Source of the DNA: Anolis carolinensis | Lineage: Eukaryota | Reading direction: 5' to 3' | Assembly: GCF_035594765.1 (NCBI RefSeq) | Contig: NC_085846.1 | Location: forward strand, 21,749,190 to 21,813,189 | DNA: 64,000 nt | Shown: positions 1-11,600 of the stretch, in pieces | Layout: every line of letters begins with the position of its first letter | How positions within the stretch are numbered: the stretch's first letter is position 1 | Program-made: the position numbers and the translations under genes | Notes under the pieces: model-generated | Database searches by the model: none | What the model saw: the letters and a program-made list of their open reading frames with translations, nothing else | Told to the model about the DNA's origin: nothing

Positions 1-896
1 CAAACTCAGTCAAATGCATGTAAATACATGTGTGTTTGTGTCCTACCAGATTCATCATGAACTCTCTAACAAGGGTGGATCAATGTCTCAAAACTCTAGT
101 CTTCTGGATGTTAGATTTAAACTTCAAAATCCATTATCATTGTCCAAAGCAGCTAGGAATTTGGGGAAGTGGAGGACAAAACATTTGGAGGACTAGAGTT
201 TGGGAATCATGGAACTAGAGCACCCCCACTGGGCAGCCACACGCTTTTAGGCCTGCAATGTTTAAAATGGTTCAAAACAGACAGAATCCAAATGCAGGTG
301 GCTTAATAGGGAAAGAGGACAACCGTGAACATACAGGTCAATTTCAACTCAATGAAGTCAGTTCAAGTTCTGCTTTGAAAGATAATGGGATTGAAATGTT
401 GAATCGTTTGCTGTGGGCGGAAGCTCCTCATTGCTCCTTCCCTGGCAAGGAGATGAGCAGTTTCCTTTATTAGCCCCTGGAGACATCCTCAACTACTCCC
501 TGCTCAGCATTTATGAGCCGAAGGCTTTTAACACCATTTTAACTTACCTTCCTGAAGCTTTTTTACAGTCAATTAAACTGTCTCTAAACAAACACTTTGG
601 CCCACCACAGTGTCCCAAAGGAAGAAGGGCCTTCCTTGAATTCTCGACTGGTTATCTGCTGGAATTAGATAGTGGACACCTGATAATCTCTCCTGCTTAA
701 TGCTAGAGAACAGGAGAAGGAAGATCGAGAGTGAGAAAATTTAGTTCTGAGACCCATTCACACTACACAACTATGTTTCAATTTCAGCCTTGTAGTTTCA
801 TTGTATAGAATCATTGGGTTTGCAGTTTAGAGATGGTTATTGTAAGCCACCTTAGATCTTACTTTGAGAGAAAGAAAGATATAATTCCATCCATAC

Positions 897-923
897 ATCA
901 ATCAATCAATCAATCAATCAATC
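897..923. repeat. (ATCA)n microsatellite
   Basis: Direct reading. Confidence 0.9.
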
Positions 924-1010
924 ATTTTGAACCAGACAGCTGTAGTGCTCTTTCAAACTACAAATCCTAGGCTTTCATAGGTTGCAGTTAAAATGAAATA
1001 TTCCACTTAA

Positions 1011-1213
1011 TATTGTGGGTCTTCAAATTGCTTCTGACTTATGGTGACCCTAAGGCAAATCTATTGCGGGATTTTCTTGACACAATTTCTTCAGGGGTGA
1101 GTTTGACTTAGCTGCCTTTCCCAAGATTACCCAGTGTGTTTCCATGGCCACAGCAAAAATTTGAACGTGGTCTCTAGAGTCATTGTCCAAAATTCAAACC
1201 ACTATACTACCCT
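1011..1213 (-). mobile_element. Old CORE-type tRNA SINE with RTE-like tail, decayed
   Basis: Reverse complement of the family copy at 52224-52455. Confidence 0.7.
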
Positions 1214-2452
1214 CATTCTCTCTATAGCACCACCACTACGTAATGTAAACAGCCATCTGGTATACTGTTCTTTTAGGGTAGGAAAGTGCATTTGTGATGA
1301 GGTGACCATAAAAACAGCTGAGGTGGGCTTCATGGTACCTGTGGATCTCACGTGATTCACCTTGTTTTAAGGAAATTTGAGAAATTCAAATGGTAGCTAG
1401 ACCCAGATATTCCCATCTGAAGTTAGACGGAAGAAGTTCTACTCAGAATTTCCTAGGAGTGAACCCTGGACAAGAGACAAGACAAATATCAACAATGTTC
1501 TGTAGAGTTCACCAGTCATGGAAGTTATAGTTTATAAGATCTTTATCCTTCTCTACCAAACTACACATTCTAGTATTCTATAGCACTGAACTATAGCAGT
1601 GAAAGTGGTGACAAACTGTATTAATTCTATAGTGCAGATGCACCCTAAGGCACTGCCAACAGAGGGCAAGCCACACTGGCTTCAGGAGAGAGTCCTGCGG
1701 AAACCTACTAGACACTCTTTTTCCAGGATGAAGAGGATCCATGGATGAGCACTAGCCTGTCGACTAGTTTTGAATTCACCTAATGATAACACTGTCTAGC
1801 TCACATTTGATCATCTTCTTTGCAAATGTTCTGGGCTGTCTTTGGTATGATCTCTCCTTTGTACACTTCCCTGTCCTACCTTGCTAGGGACTTCCAACTG
1901 ATTTCTCCTCCCTGCATTCTTTTGGCTTCTAGGGGAACGGAAAAAGTGTTTTCTGACGAAGTCTCCTTTTCATGTATTGGCTCTGGGGAGTCTGGACTTG
2001 AACAAAGCCCAAGATCTCCCTGTTCCCACCTTTCTCCTCCAGATGCTTAGATGCTTTCCGGCACAAGCTGGGAAACTGGATCCGGGCAAGCCAAGCGCCT
2101 GAGGCAAACAGGCAGGTGTCACGCATCACTTCTCTGCAGAGACAGTCTGGGTTTCTGCTGATCTGCACCAGCAAGCACTCCAGGCAAGAGACGACTTTGG
2201 AGGTTCATGGCAGCGAAGGAGGAAGAACCCAGTGACAGGCCTACTTGAATTCTATAATGTGGCCTAGACTCAGGGCTCCAATTAGGAAGGAGAAGGAAGG
2301 CAGAGATGACCCATTATGAATGCATAAACCCTACCCCAATCCTATTTATTATATTTATTCCTTTTCTTTGAAAAATTATCACCACTTAACCCACCATAAT
2401 GTTAAAGCAATGCAAGTTAAAATAGATTTTAAAATCAGTAAAAACGCGCACA

Positions 2453-3319
2453 CAGGCTGAGTATCCCTTATTCAGAATTCCTAAATCCAAACACAGCTGA
2501 TCCTTCACATTTGTAGATTTGACTTTTGTGGTTTTGATTGTCCATTTTCGATGAAAATTCTCTCTAGAGGAATCTCTAGGTTGTCCAGTGCAACTCTAAA
2601 ATCAACTTCTGGTTGATACTGAATATAGGAGTTGTGTTGGAAAATTTATTTTAGAGCTTTCTAGAGAGGTGTTTTTTTAATTGCAGTTTTTCTCTTCTGC
2701 TTGAGTCCTATACCCTTAAACCAGGCTTGGGTAAACTTTGGCCCTCCAGGTGTTTTGGATTTTGGCTCCCACAATTCCTAGTAGCAAGTCGCTTCTGGTG
2801 GGAGAGAATTGGCCATTTACAGATATGTTGCCCAGGGGATGCCCAAGAGACTTTTTTCATGTCCCCGCAAGCTAGAGCTGACAGACGAAAGCTCACCTCA
2901 TCTCGCGGATTCAAACTGGCAACCTTCAAGTCAGCAACCCAACCTTCAGGTCAGCAGTCCAGCCAACACAAGGGAGTTGAAGTCCAAAACACCTGGAGGG
3001 CCGAAGTTTACCCATGCCTCCCTTAACCCCATTTAGTGTGGAAAGTTAACTGTCCTCCAGAATCCAGAGTTATCCTATGAGTAGCTGAGATTGTTTTCTG
3101 ATAGTTCAATTTACACAAACTTCATTTTGTGGCCAAAATGGCTAAAACGTTGTCGTTAAATTGCTTTCAGGCCATGTGTATAAGGCATATATGAAACATA
3201 AATGGATGTTGTATTTAGAATTGGGTCCCATTTCCAAGATATTTCAATATGTATATGCAAGTACTATATTCCAAAACACTTCTGTTCCCAGACATTTTTG
3301 ATAAAGGATACTCAACCAG
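2453..3319. mobile_element. Tigger/pogo-like MITE (TIR CAGGYTGAGTATCCC) interrupted by three nested insertions
   Basis: 2453-2493 plus 3053-3319 rejoin into the family seen uninterrupted at 5791-6128. Confidence 0.75.
2722..3020. mobile_element. hAT MITE (TIR CAGGCATGGGCAAACTT-like) carrying an internal SINE fragment
   Basis: Same arms as 11833-12007. 8-bp TSD CCTTAAAC/CCTTAACC. Centre 2784-2974 matches the SINE at 35526-35800. Confidence 0.85.
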
Positions 3320-3613
3320 CATTTTTAATATCCAGCACATTAATCCAAGATTTAGGACCAAAGGCTATACTAAACACTACATTTTGGTCTGCCAGCTGGA
3401 AATTAGAAAAAAAAATAGATTCCTGGCAATTTCATATTGGGAATACCAGATCATGGATGTCCTGGGATCTGCTTCAGGTTTCAAGCTTAGGCCCTATTGA
3501 CTGCAAATAAGAATATTTGATGCTGATGATGGAGAAAATTTCACTTTCTTCAAACTGAAGAAAAAATTATCATTTGCATTGGCCAAAATGAATTGCAACG
3601 CCTATTTCCAAAA

Positions 3614-3781
3614 TTGTTGTTGTGTGCCTTCAAATCATTTCTGACTTTTGCCAATCTTAAGGTGAACCTATCACAGGGTTTTCTGGGCTGAGACTATGTG
3701 ACTTAACCAGTAGACTGAGCAGGGTTGAATCCCTGGTTTCCAGAGTCATTGCCCAATACTTAATCCACTATGCCATGCTGG
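3614..3781 (-). mobile_element. CORE-type SINE fragment
   Basis: Same family as 1011, 7709 and 52224. Confidence 0.7.
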
Positions 3782-4312
3782 ATCACATTCCCAAAACAGA
3801 GAGGACTCTTATAATAATATTTCAAACAGATGGGAAATATGGGGAGGAACCTCTCAAAAAATAAAATAAATGATTCAATTGCCCTAATTCAGCACTAACA
3901 TGCTAGTATATTCTTGTTATTCAAACCCAGTCTTTTCAGTGCTAAACCCTGTGCCTGGATGAATGAATGAATCAACGTCTTCTCATGGTAGTATGAATTG
4001 AAGTTGTGAAACTTCAGAATTTAGGCCATAAGCTTTCCTACACCTTGAGACCTCAAGATAAGTTAGGATATAGTGGATCTGTACGACGATTCATTCTTTG
4101 AAGATTTAAGGCTAGCCCTAAAATCCTAAGGATCTATAACACTGTAAATATTCTAACCAGAACAAAGGCTTCACTACACTATCAAAAGATAAACAAAGCA
4201 GTAAATGTAAAATAGATGTATTACTGAAAGTCCTTCCATGCTGTCTGTGCAAAAGTAAATGAAGAATAATCTTGGTGATTCATGTGTAAAGGTAACAGTA
4301 AATAAGGAATAA

Positions 4313-4640
4313 AAAAGGTAAAGGTTTCCCCTGATGTTAAGTTCAGTCATGTCTGACTCTAGGGGTTGGTGCTCATCTCCATTTCTAAGCCAAAGAGCCG
4401 GCATTGTCTGTAGGCACCTCCAAAGTCATGTGGCCAGCATGACTGCATGGAGCGCTGTTACCTTCCTACCAGAGCGGTACCTATTGATCTACTCACATTG
4501 GCATGTTTTCAAACTGCTAGGTTGGCAGAAGTTGGAGCTAATAGCGGGCGCTCACTCCGCTCCCGGGATTTGAACCTGGGACCTTTTGGTCTGCAAGTTC
4601 AGCAGCTCAGTGCTTTAACACACTTTGCCACCGGGGCTCC
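4313..4640 (-). mobile_element. Sauria SINE, full length
   Basis: tRNA-like head GGAGCCCCGGTGGC at 4640 and (ACCTTT)n BovB/RTE-type tail at 4313; many close copies in the window. Confidence 0.92.
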
Positions 4641-4692
4641 TAAATAAGGAATTAGTTACATGCTATTACAGGTGATTCCTTTCCCCAATAAT

Positions 4693-4977
4693 CAGAGCCG
4701 GCCCTAGGTATTTTTCAAGTGTAGGCGAACAGAATTTTGGTGCTCTCCCAAACCAATCACTGAAAAATAAAAGCGTTGGATAAGTGAAAATATTGGATAA
4801 TAAGGAGGGATTAAGAAAAAGCCTATTAAACATCAAATTACATTAAGATTTTACAAATTAAGCACCAAAACATCATGTTTTACAAGAAATCAACAGAAAA
4901 AGCAGTCTCGACTGCGCCCCCGTATGTTTTGAGCCCGAAGCGACCGCTTAATTCGCCTCATTGTTGGACCAGCTCTG
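4693..4977 (+). mobile_element. hAT-like MITE (CAGAGCCGG...CCAGCTCTG) with mariner-MITE-derived interior
   Basis: Perfect 8-bp TSD CCAATAAT; second copy inverted at 9440-9732. Confidence 0.88.
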
Positions 4978-5381
4978 CCAATAATGAAGGCATAACTGGA
5001 CTGGATGATTACAAAATATTACAATGGAGAACATCTTATTGAAATGTAATTGAAACTATTAATTATATAATGCCATATTTTGATGTAATTTACTACTGCC
5101 CCGAGTCCCTCCGGGAAGATAGGGTGGTCTACAAATAAAGTTTATTATTTATTTATTTATTGTAAATAATTATGAGTATGTGACCTCATTAAATATTGGA
5201 GCAGGAATATGACATGGTTCTGTGCTGGCTTCTGAGATGCTACAAGCTGCTGTGTCACGTTCTGTTGTGGTTGTTGAAGTGACACTGAAGGAGTATATTT
5301 TGTACCACAGCACTACATCTTGTAGCATTCAGATTTATTTAAAAAAACTAATGAGGTATATACTTTAGTTACTTTTAAGTA

Positions 5382-5704
5382 CACTAGAGTCTCACTTATC
5401 CAACATTCGCTTATCCAACATTCTGGATTATCCAACGCATTTTTGTAGTCGATGTTTTCGATAAATCATGATATTTTGTTGCTAAATTCTTAAATACAGT
5501 AATTACTATGTAGCATTACTGCGTATTGAACTACTTTTTCTGTCAAATTTGTTGTATAACATGATGTTTTGGTGCTTATTTTGTAAAATCATAACCTAAT
5601 TTGATGTTTAATGGGCTTCTTCTTAATCTCTCCTTATCATCCAACATATTCGCTTATCCAACGTTCTGCCGACCCGTTTATGTTGGATAAGTGAGACTCT
5701 ACTG
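5382..5704. mobile_element. Tc1/mariner-superfamily MITE
   Basis: TIR CASTAGAGTCTCACTTATCCAAC at both ends with TA TSD. Confidence 0.9.
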
Positions 5705-5790
5705 TAATGAGAAAACAAAGGGTAACCTTTTAATCTAACTAGTGAAGGTAACTTCCTTAGTAGCGAAGGGTGGGAAAAAGACTTAGATAA

Positions 5791-6128
5791 CAGGCTGAGC
5801 ATCCCTTACTTGGAATTCCATCATTCTAAATACTCCAAATTCCAAAATTGTCCACATGAGTGGTCAAGACAGTCATGTCATTGCTTTCTGATGTTTCAAT
5901 GCATGTAAAATTTGTTTCATGAATTATTATAGATATTGTCTATAAAATTATCTTCAGGTCATGTGTATATGAGACATACATGAATTTCATGTTCAGACCT
6001 AGGTCCCATTTACAAGATACCTTATTATACACAGATATACAAATATGGGTATTTGAAAATCTGGGTGGAAATCTGAAATATGGAACATTTCTGGTCCCAA
6101 GCCATTCAGAATATACATTACATACCTG
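5791..6128. mobile_element. Tigger/pogo-like MITE, decayed
   Basis: CAGGCTGAGCATCCC ... CCTG|TA termini; homologous to the outer element at 2453-3319. Confidence 0.7.
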
Positions 6129-6666
6129 TAACTAATGAAGTTTTCCATAGAGAAATAGAGGACTTTGTAAACCCAGTTCTGAAATGTGCAAAGAAGACAA
6201 AGCCAACCTCCTTCCTTGGTTTTGAGGCACACACAGGCCTAGCGGGAAGCCAGGGATGAGTGTTCAGTGCCCACTGGGAAAGGTCTCTGAGACAACGTCT
6301 GGGTCAGCAATGCCTCTTCTTCGTACAGCTGAACTACTTTGACCTTAAGACTGCCCCAGGGTCTCTGTTGTTCATCTTCTTTGTCCATGAGAAGTGAAAA
6401 GTAGAAGAAAATTGAGAGTTCTTTCACACACCCCAATAGAAGATATATGGGGAAGAGCTTTGAAAGGACACCTTAATGCATATTTCTGCCTCTGTATTTC
6501 AGTGCTGTAATCTTCCTGAGAACCAATAACATATTATATACATCACAAACCCTAACCTGAGAAGGGTTCCATTTAATTGGTACTTTTAAAGGGAAATTTC
6601 AGAAGCTATACCAATGTTATGAAAAATGTTGCTTCTAGGTCAACTCTTCAGTAACCTCTTTAATAA

Positions 6667-6972
6667 CACTATGCAACGTAATTTTTGTTCTGCATTATAA
6701 ATGTCATTTCCTAATTGTTTTTATCATAAAAACATGAAAAAAGTTTATCAAACTACAAAAACTTTGTTTTTGTGGAACATCCTGCAGCACATTTTGCTAT
6801 AGTTTTTCAATAAATATCTCCTAGAGTCTCAACCAATTCAACTTAGGTTGTAGCAACCACAAAAACGAAGTTTCTGAAGTATAACAACTATTTTCAAAGT
6901 AACACAAAATTAAACAGGAAATAAAACTTTCAAACCACGAATAGAAATTTATTTCAGATTTTTTACATAGTG
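6667..6972. mobile_element. MITE with CAC...GTG termini (Chapaev-like)
   Basis: TIR CACTATGYAA/TTACATAGTG; inverted homolog at 63210-63846. Confidence 0.75.
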
Positions 6973-7145
6973 CAATTTGACCATTGTAAAAATGATCTTG
7001 ACTTTCATTATCATAAAAAGTAAAATAAGTTTAGGGTTGAAATCAAGAACAACTGATTGTTTCCATGTCAGAAAGGTGGTGAATCTACTCTAAAGGTTTA
7101 ATTCAAATCTTCTGAGAGCTATCCAAGTTCTGAAGCTCATTCTTC

Positions 7146-7166
7146 TTCAGCACCTTGGACAGTGCT
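7146..7166 (+). promoter_or_regulatory. RE1/NRSE (REST-binding) motif
   Basis: TTCAGCACCTTGGACAGTGCT vs consensus TTCAGCACCnnGGACAGCGCC; both half-sites and the 2-nt spacer are intact. Confidence 0.7.
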
Positions 7167-7708
7167 ATTAAAGTTCAAACTAAAATGGAGGGCAGATTGA
7201 TCATCTCATTGAGCCATCAGTAATCACGGATGAAACTACCATTCCTCTTGTCCATTTTGCATGCTTTGTGGAAACAATGTAAATTTCTAAATGAAGTTCA
7301 AAGGCCACCACTGGGCCACAGACTATGGTTTGAGAACTTCTGAGTGACACCTTCGAGGAGTTGAACGCAGGAAGAAATGGGAGAAGGAAGTTCTAGCTTA
7401 AACACCATTGGAACCAAGGAGTGTTATTAGATCAGAAGGAACTAAGTCAGGAATGGAATAAACAGGATTGCAGAGCTTCTGCAAATCCTAAATACTGAGA
7501 AGCCATGAAAAACCATTCTATCTCTGTCCTGGAAGGCTATTTAATCCTGAGTGTGTGAAAGAGGTGAGCAGGACATGTTCTTTTCTGTGTTCACAGTTCC
7601 TGTTTTCTATGACAGTGATAGGCAAGATTCACCATCTTCTTGTTTCTCCTCCTCCTCCTCCATATCTCACCTTGTTTCCAGAGCTAAGACTCAGGCACTT
7701 ACAAAACC

Positions 7709-7931
7709 TTGTTGCTGTGTGCCGTCAAGTCATTTCTGACTTATGGCAACCCTAAGGTTACTCATCGTGATGGTTTCTTGACAAGATTTGTTCAAAGAGA
7801 GTTATTCTTTGCCTCCCTCTGAGTATGTGACTTATCCAGGGTCACCCAATGAGTTTACATGGCTGAGTGTGGATTCGAATCCTGTTTTCTGAAGTCATAG
7901 TTCAATGCTCAAACCTCTACCCTATGCTGAC
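7709..7931 (-). mobile_element. CORE-type SINE
   Basis: Same family as 52224-52455. Confidence 0.75.
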
Positions 7932-9439
7932 TTTACAAAATCTTTAAAAAAACATACAAGTTAGAGTTAGTACAGGAATGCTACAGTTAACAAAGTTGAG
8001 GCATTACTTATTTAACACAAAAATTGATACCAGAGGCAGAAATATCATGGAAGGAATAGGAATCAGTTTTAACACCACAAAATGGAAGAGCACATGTTTT
8101 TTTCAAAATGAACAACATACAGATGTCGAATGAAACAACCAGGTCAGGTAAGCAATGAAGTACACAAAACACTTTTAATTTTCTGGAGATCACATGTAGG
8201 CTTCTTCCAATATGCATTCAGAGGTGAATTTTTCTTCCACCAGACCTCCACTTTTCTAAGGGTTTCTGTTTTAGCAGCCAAACCTATAGATTTGGGCTTC
8301 TTTAGCATGTTGGGGATAGCTGGTGAGGCCAACTTCTATGCTCTCCACCTTTCTCTCTGTTTTCCTGTTAGGAATACTCAGTAAAGGATTTTGGGAGCAG
8401 CTGCTGTTTGCCTTACCAGTTGTAGGACAACACACAGGGCAATGGAAAGATCAGATTTCTTTCCCAGTTTAGCTCATTCGTTGCCTTAAAATGCTGCAGA
8501 TATTCTGCTGCAAACTGACACAGAAGTTCCTATTTCTCCAGCTCTGTTTCATCATCCTCTGAATGTGAATGATGCTACAGAAGGAGGAAGAGAAATGAGG
8601 GGAAAGAAGAGAGAGGAGAGGAAGAGAAGGAGAAGGGAAAGAAAGGGAGGGAGGAAACCTCTCAGCTAGACAGAGATGAGTATACACTATAGAATTGATA
8701 AACAGACTTTGCTACGTGAAGCTTTGCTATCTGAGGCTTTGCAAAGGAAGGTATGTCTGTGTACTATTTCACTAGGTTAAACTTTTTGAAATAATTCAAT
8801 TGAAAAATAAGATTGAATAGTGCACTATTGAAAACCTTTGCAGGCTCAAAAGACTGAAATGTTTCCCCTTACCAATTGAATGACAGCAAAGAAGAAGGCC
8901 ATATCTCCTATCCTGGAATAGACTTCCAGAGCCTGGGGCAGCCACTGAGAACATCCCTGCCCACATTCCCACCAGATATAGCAGTGAGGGTGCCTGAATT
9001 GAGAGGCCCACCAGTGGAACTCAATACCGTGGGGTTAGAGCCAATCCCCACTGTACGCAGGCACCACATGGGCAATGGCACATGCGGTTAGGATACACTG
9101 CCTTCCCTCATTCCACACCTGTGACTCTGAGAGCTCTTAAAGTGATATTACGTGTTATTTTTTCCACCTGAAATGCAGCCAGAATTTTGCATACTGTCTG
9201 GGAGTGGGAGGAAAACAAACTGCCATGTTTTGTGCAGTTCCTGGCATTTTGGCAGAATATCAGATGGAAAATCATAGAGAAAAAGAACCAAAGTTTTGAT
9301 GGGGCCACAGAGGTGGAGCTCAGAGACACTTACGGTGTTCAGACCATTCTTTCCCCCACCTCTGCTTCACTGTGGGACTACACATCCATATTAGAGTGAT
9401 GGATTTTAACGACCCGATTTTGAAGAGATGGGGTGAGGG

Positions 9440-9732
9440 CAGATCCGGTCCAACAATGAGGCGAATTAAGCGGTCGCTTGGGGCACAAAACACAATACGG
9501 GGGCGCAGTCGAGACTGCTTTTTCTGTTAATTTCTTGTAAAACATGATGTTTTGGTGCTTAATTTGTAAAGATCTTAATGTAATTTGATGTTTAATAGGC
9601 TTTTTCTTAATCCCTCCTATTATCCAACATTTTTGCTTATCCAACGCTTTTATTTTTCAGTGATTGTTTTGGGGGGGAGGCGAGCCAAAATTCTGTTCGC
9701 TTACACTTGAAAAATACCTAGGGCCGGCTCTG
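9440..9732 (-). mobile_element. hAT-like MITE, second copy of 4693-4977
   Basis: Perfect 8-bp TSD GGTGAGGG. Confidence 0.88.
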
Positions 9733-9864
9733 GGTGAGGGTCCACATTGTTGTCACATGAAGCCTTTATTTATTTATTAGCTACATTTATATGCCACCCT
9801 TCTCACCCCGAAGGGGACTCAGAGAGGCTTACAAATTAAATTTACATACAATATTATATTAGCA

Positions 9865-10504
9865 CTAGCTGTGCCCGGCCACGCGTTGCTGTGGCGTTGT
9901 CTGGTGGTGTTGGTGAGAAATTGTTGAGGTAGTGGTGGTATTGAATGTCTATTGTATGGTTGTCTTTATGTTTAGTATGCACACTGAAGTGGATTATATG
10001 GCAGTGTGGAGTCAAGATAATCCAGTTCAAAGCAGATAATATAAGATTCTAAATGGGTTATATAGCTGTGTGGAAGGGCCTTGAGTCTACACTGCCATAT
10101 AATCCAGTTCAAATCTGATAATCTGTGGAAGAGGCCTAAGTGAGGCCTAAGTCTGCCTGTCCCCTGGGCTGAGTAGGTTGCTAGGAGACCAAGTGGGCGG
10201 AGCTTTAGCCTTCAAACTAGCAGCAATTGGATAAAAACTATTATTCCTCTCCCTGTAATTAGGACTTTATTTTTCTTTTCTTTTTGTTGTATCAACCTAG
10301 AGCTTTAGCCTTCAAACTAGCAGCAATTGGATAAAAACTATTATTCCTCTCCCTGTAATTAGGACTTTATTTTTCTTTTCTTTTTGTTGTATCAACCTAG
10401 AGCCATGAATGATGGGTTGTGTTGTCAAATTTCGAGGTTGGGGGGCCTGTAGTTTTGTTGTTTTGTCCGCTGCCCTGATGCCATCACTCTTTTATATATA
10501 TAGA
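9865..10504 (-). mobile_element. Non-autonomous Helitron
   Basis: Minus strand 5' TC(TATATATATAAAA) and 3' CTAG, subterminal hairpin GCCAC...GTGGC (9878-9895), inserted between A and T with no TSD inside an older AT-rich repeat (9766-10630). Confidence 0.85.
10201..10400. repeat. Exact 2 x 100-bp tandem duplication within the Helitron
   Basis: 10201-10300 reads identical to 10301-10400. Confidence 0.92.
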
Positions 10505-11099
10505 TAGTACAATTCTTGTAATTAATTACTATATTGTACTGTATCAATATATTGTAATATTATTAGTAATATTAATGTAAAATATAATATATAATTAATA
10601 TTATATTGTATTATTAGTATTATATTGTATTTGCCAATTTCTTGCGTGTCACTCAAAGATCTGCCAACTGATTCTAATCTATGTTGAGTTCTAAAACCTA
10701 GACGAGATGTTCAAATGGATTCTGAGAATCAAGCCGAAGAACGGAACAGGTTTAGACTTACCTGGAGTATAGTGTGATTTACTTCCAAGTGAACACATGT
10801 TAACAGTAGTATTATGGTCTGCGTGGGGAGAGGGACTGTCACACTGCAGTGACAGAGTCAGGCAATTACGCACTCCTAGATGTTAAGCTTTTGGTGAGCT
10901 TTCCCTTGACACAACTCAAGTGCCTTTTCTTTGGAAGTGACAGGGAAATGGGACTTAAGGTGCATTGCTAATGCTTTCTAAAATAACCAGTGATGGGACT
11001 ACTAGTCATGGTTTTAGTCCTTCCACCTGGATGTTTCCGATTCCTCCCCCTCCTTCCAAAATCTGTGAAGATGATATGAAACTGAGGATAGAAAATGCA

Positions 11100-11600
11100 T
11101 TCTGCACGTGCGCCTGTCGTTTGCTGCCACATGTCCCAGTGCGGACCTCAAGCAGCTTCCAAGGCTATCTCCAGAGAAGACCTATCTCACCTGAAGCTCT
11201 GCAAAGATGTGGAGGAGGCGATTATTCTAAAAGGGTCTCTCTGGGAATCTGTTTCTCCGCCCGCCCCCCATCCTGATAATGTTCCACCAGACGCCTCTTT
11301 ATCAGCATCCCCCCCACCCCTCTCCATTCAGTCGGATGCCTCCCATTCACTTCACCCCCCCCCTTTTCCCTCCCAAACTGCACTGTTGCCACCACCTGGA
11401 GCTTGCGGCGTTGCTATGGCAACTGGGAATCCGCAGCAGTGGCGGAGTCGCCATGGCAACAAGGGATCCACAGTGTGGCTGCAGGGTTTCCATGGCAACT
11501 GGGTTTTCAAGGGAGCCAACTGGGACCAGGCGAGGAGGAGGAGGAGGAGGAGGGAGGGGAAGGAGCATCAGGCAAAGGTATTTCCATAATTTTCGCAACC
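11100..11600. promoter_or_regulatory. GC-rich promoter-like island with three RFX X-boxes
   Basis: GTTGCTATGGCAAC 11410-11423, GTCGCCATGGCAAC 11447-11460, GTTTCCATGGCAAC 11486-11499. Also a GC box at 11257-11268, CACGTG at 11105-11110, local CpG retention, and donors on both strands (11191 minus, 11577 plus). Confidence 0.7.

Noticed and set aside
1653-1670. CTCF-like motif GCCAACAGAGGGCA
   Set aside because: Core mismatch, single instance, cannot be scored without a PWM.
8873-9083. Cys-rich minus frame with a single in-frame TGA (9023-9021), possible selenoprotein or readthrough
   Set aside because: No similarity to known selenoproteins, no redox motif at the TGA and no SECIS seen.
8876-9091. 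Protein-looking plus ORF (GHISYPGIDFQSLGQP...) and a 45-nt exon candidate at 8706-8750
   Set aside because: Starts at TTG, no homolog recognised, and no exon chain or promoter supports it.
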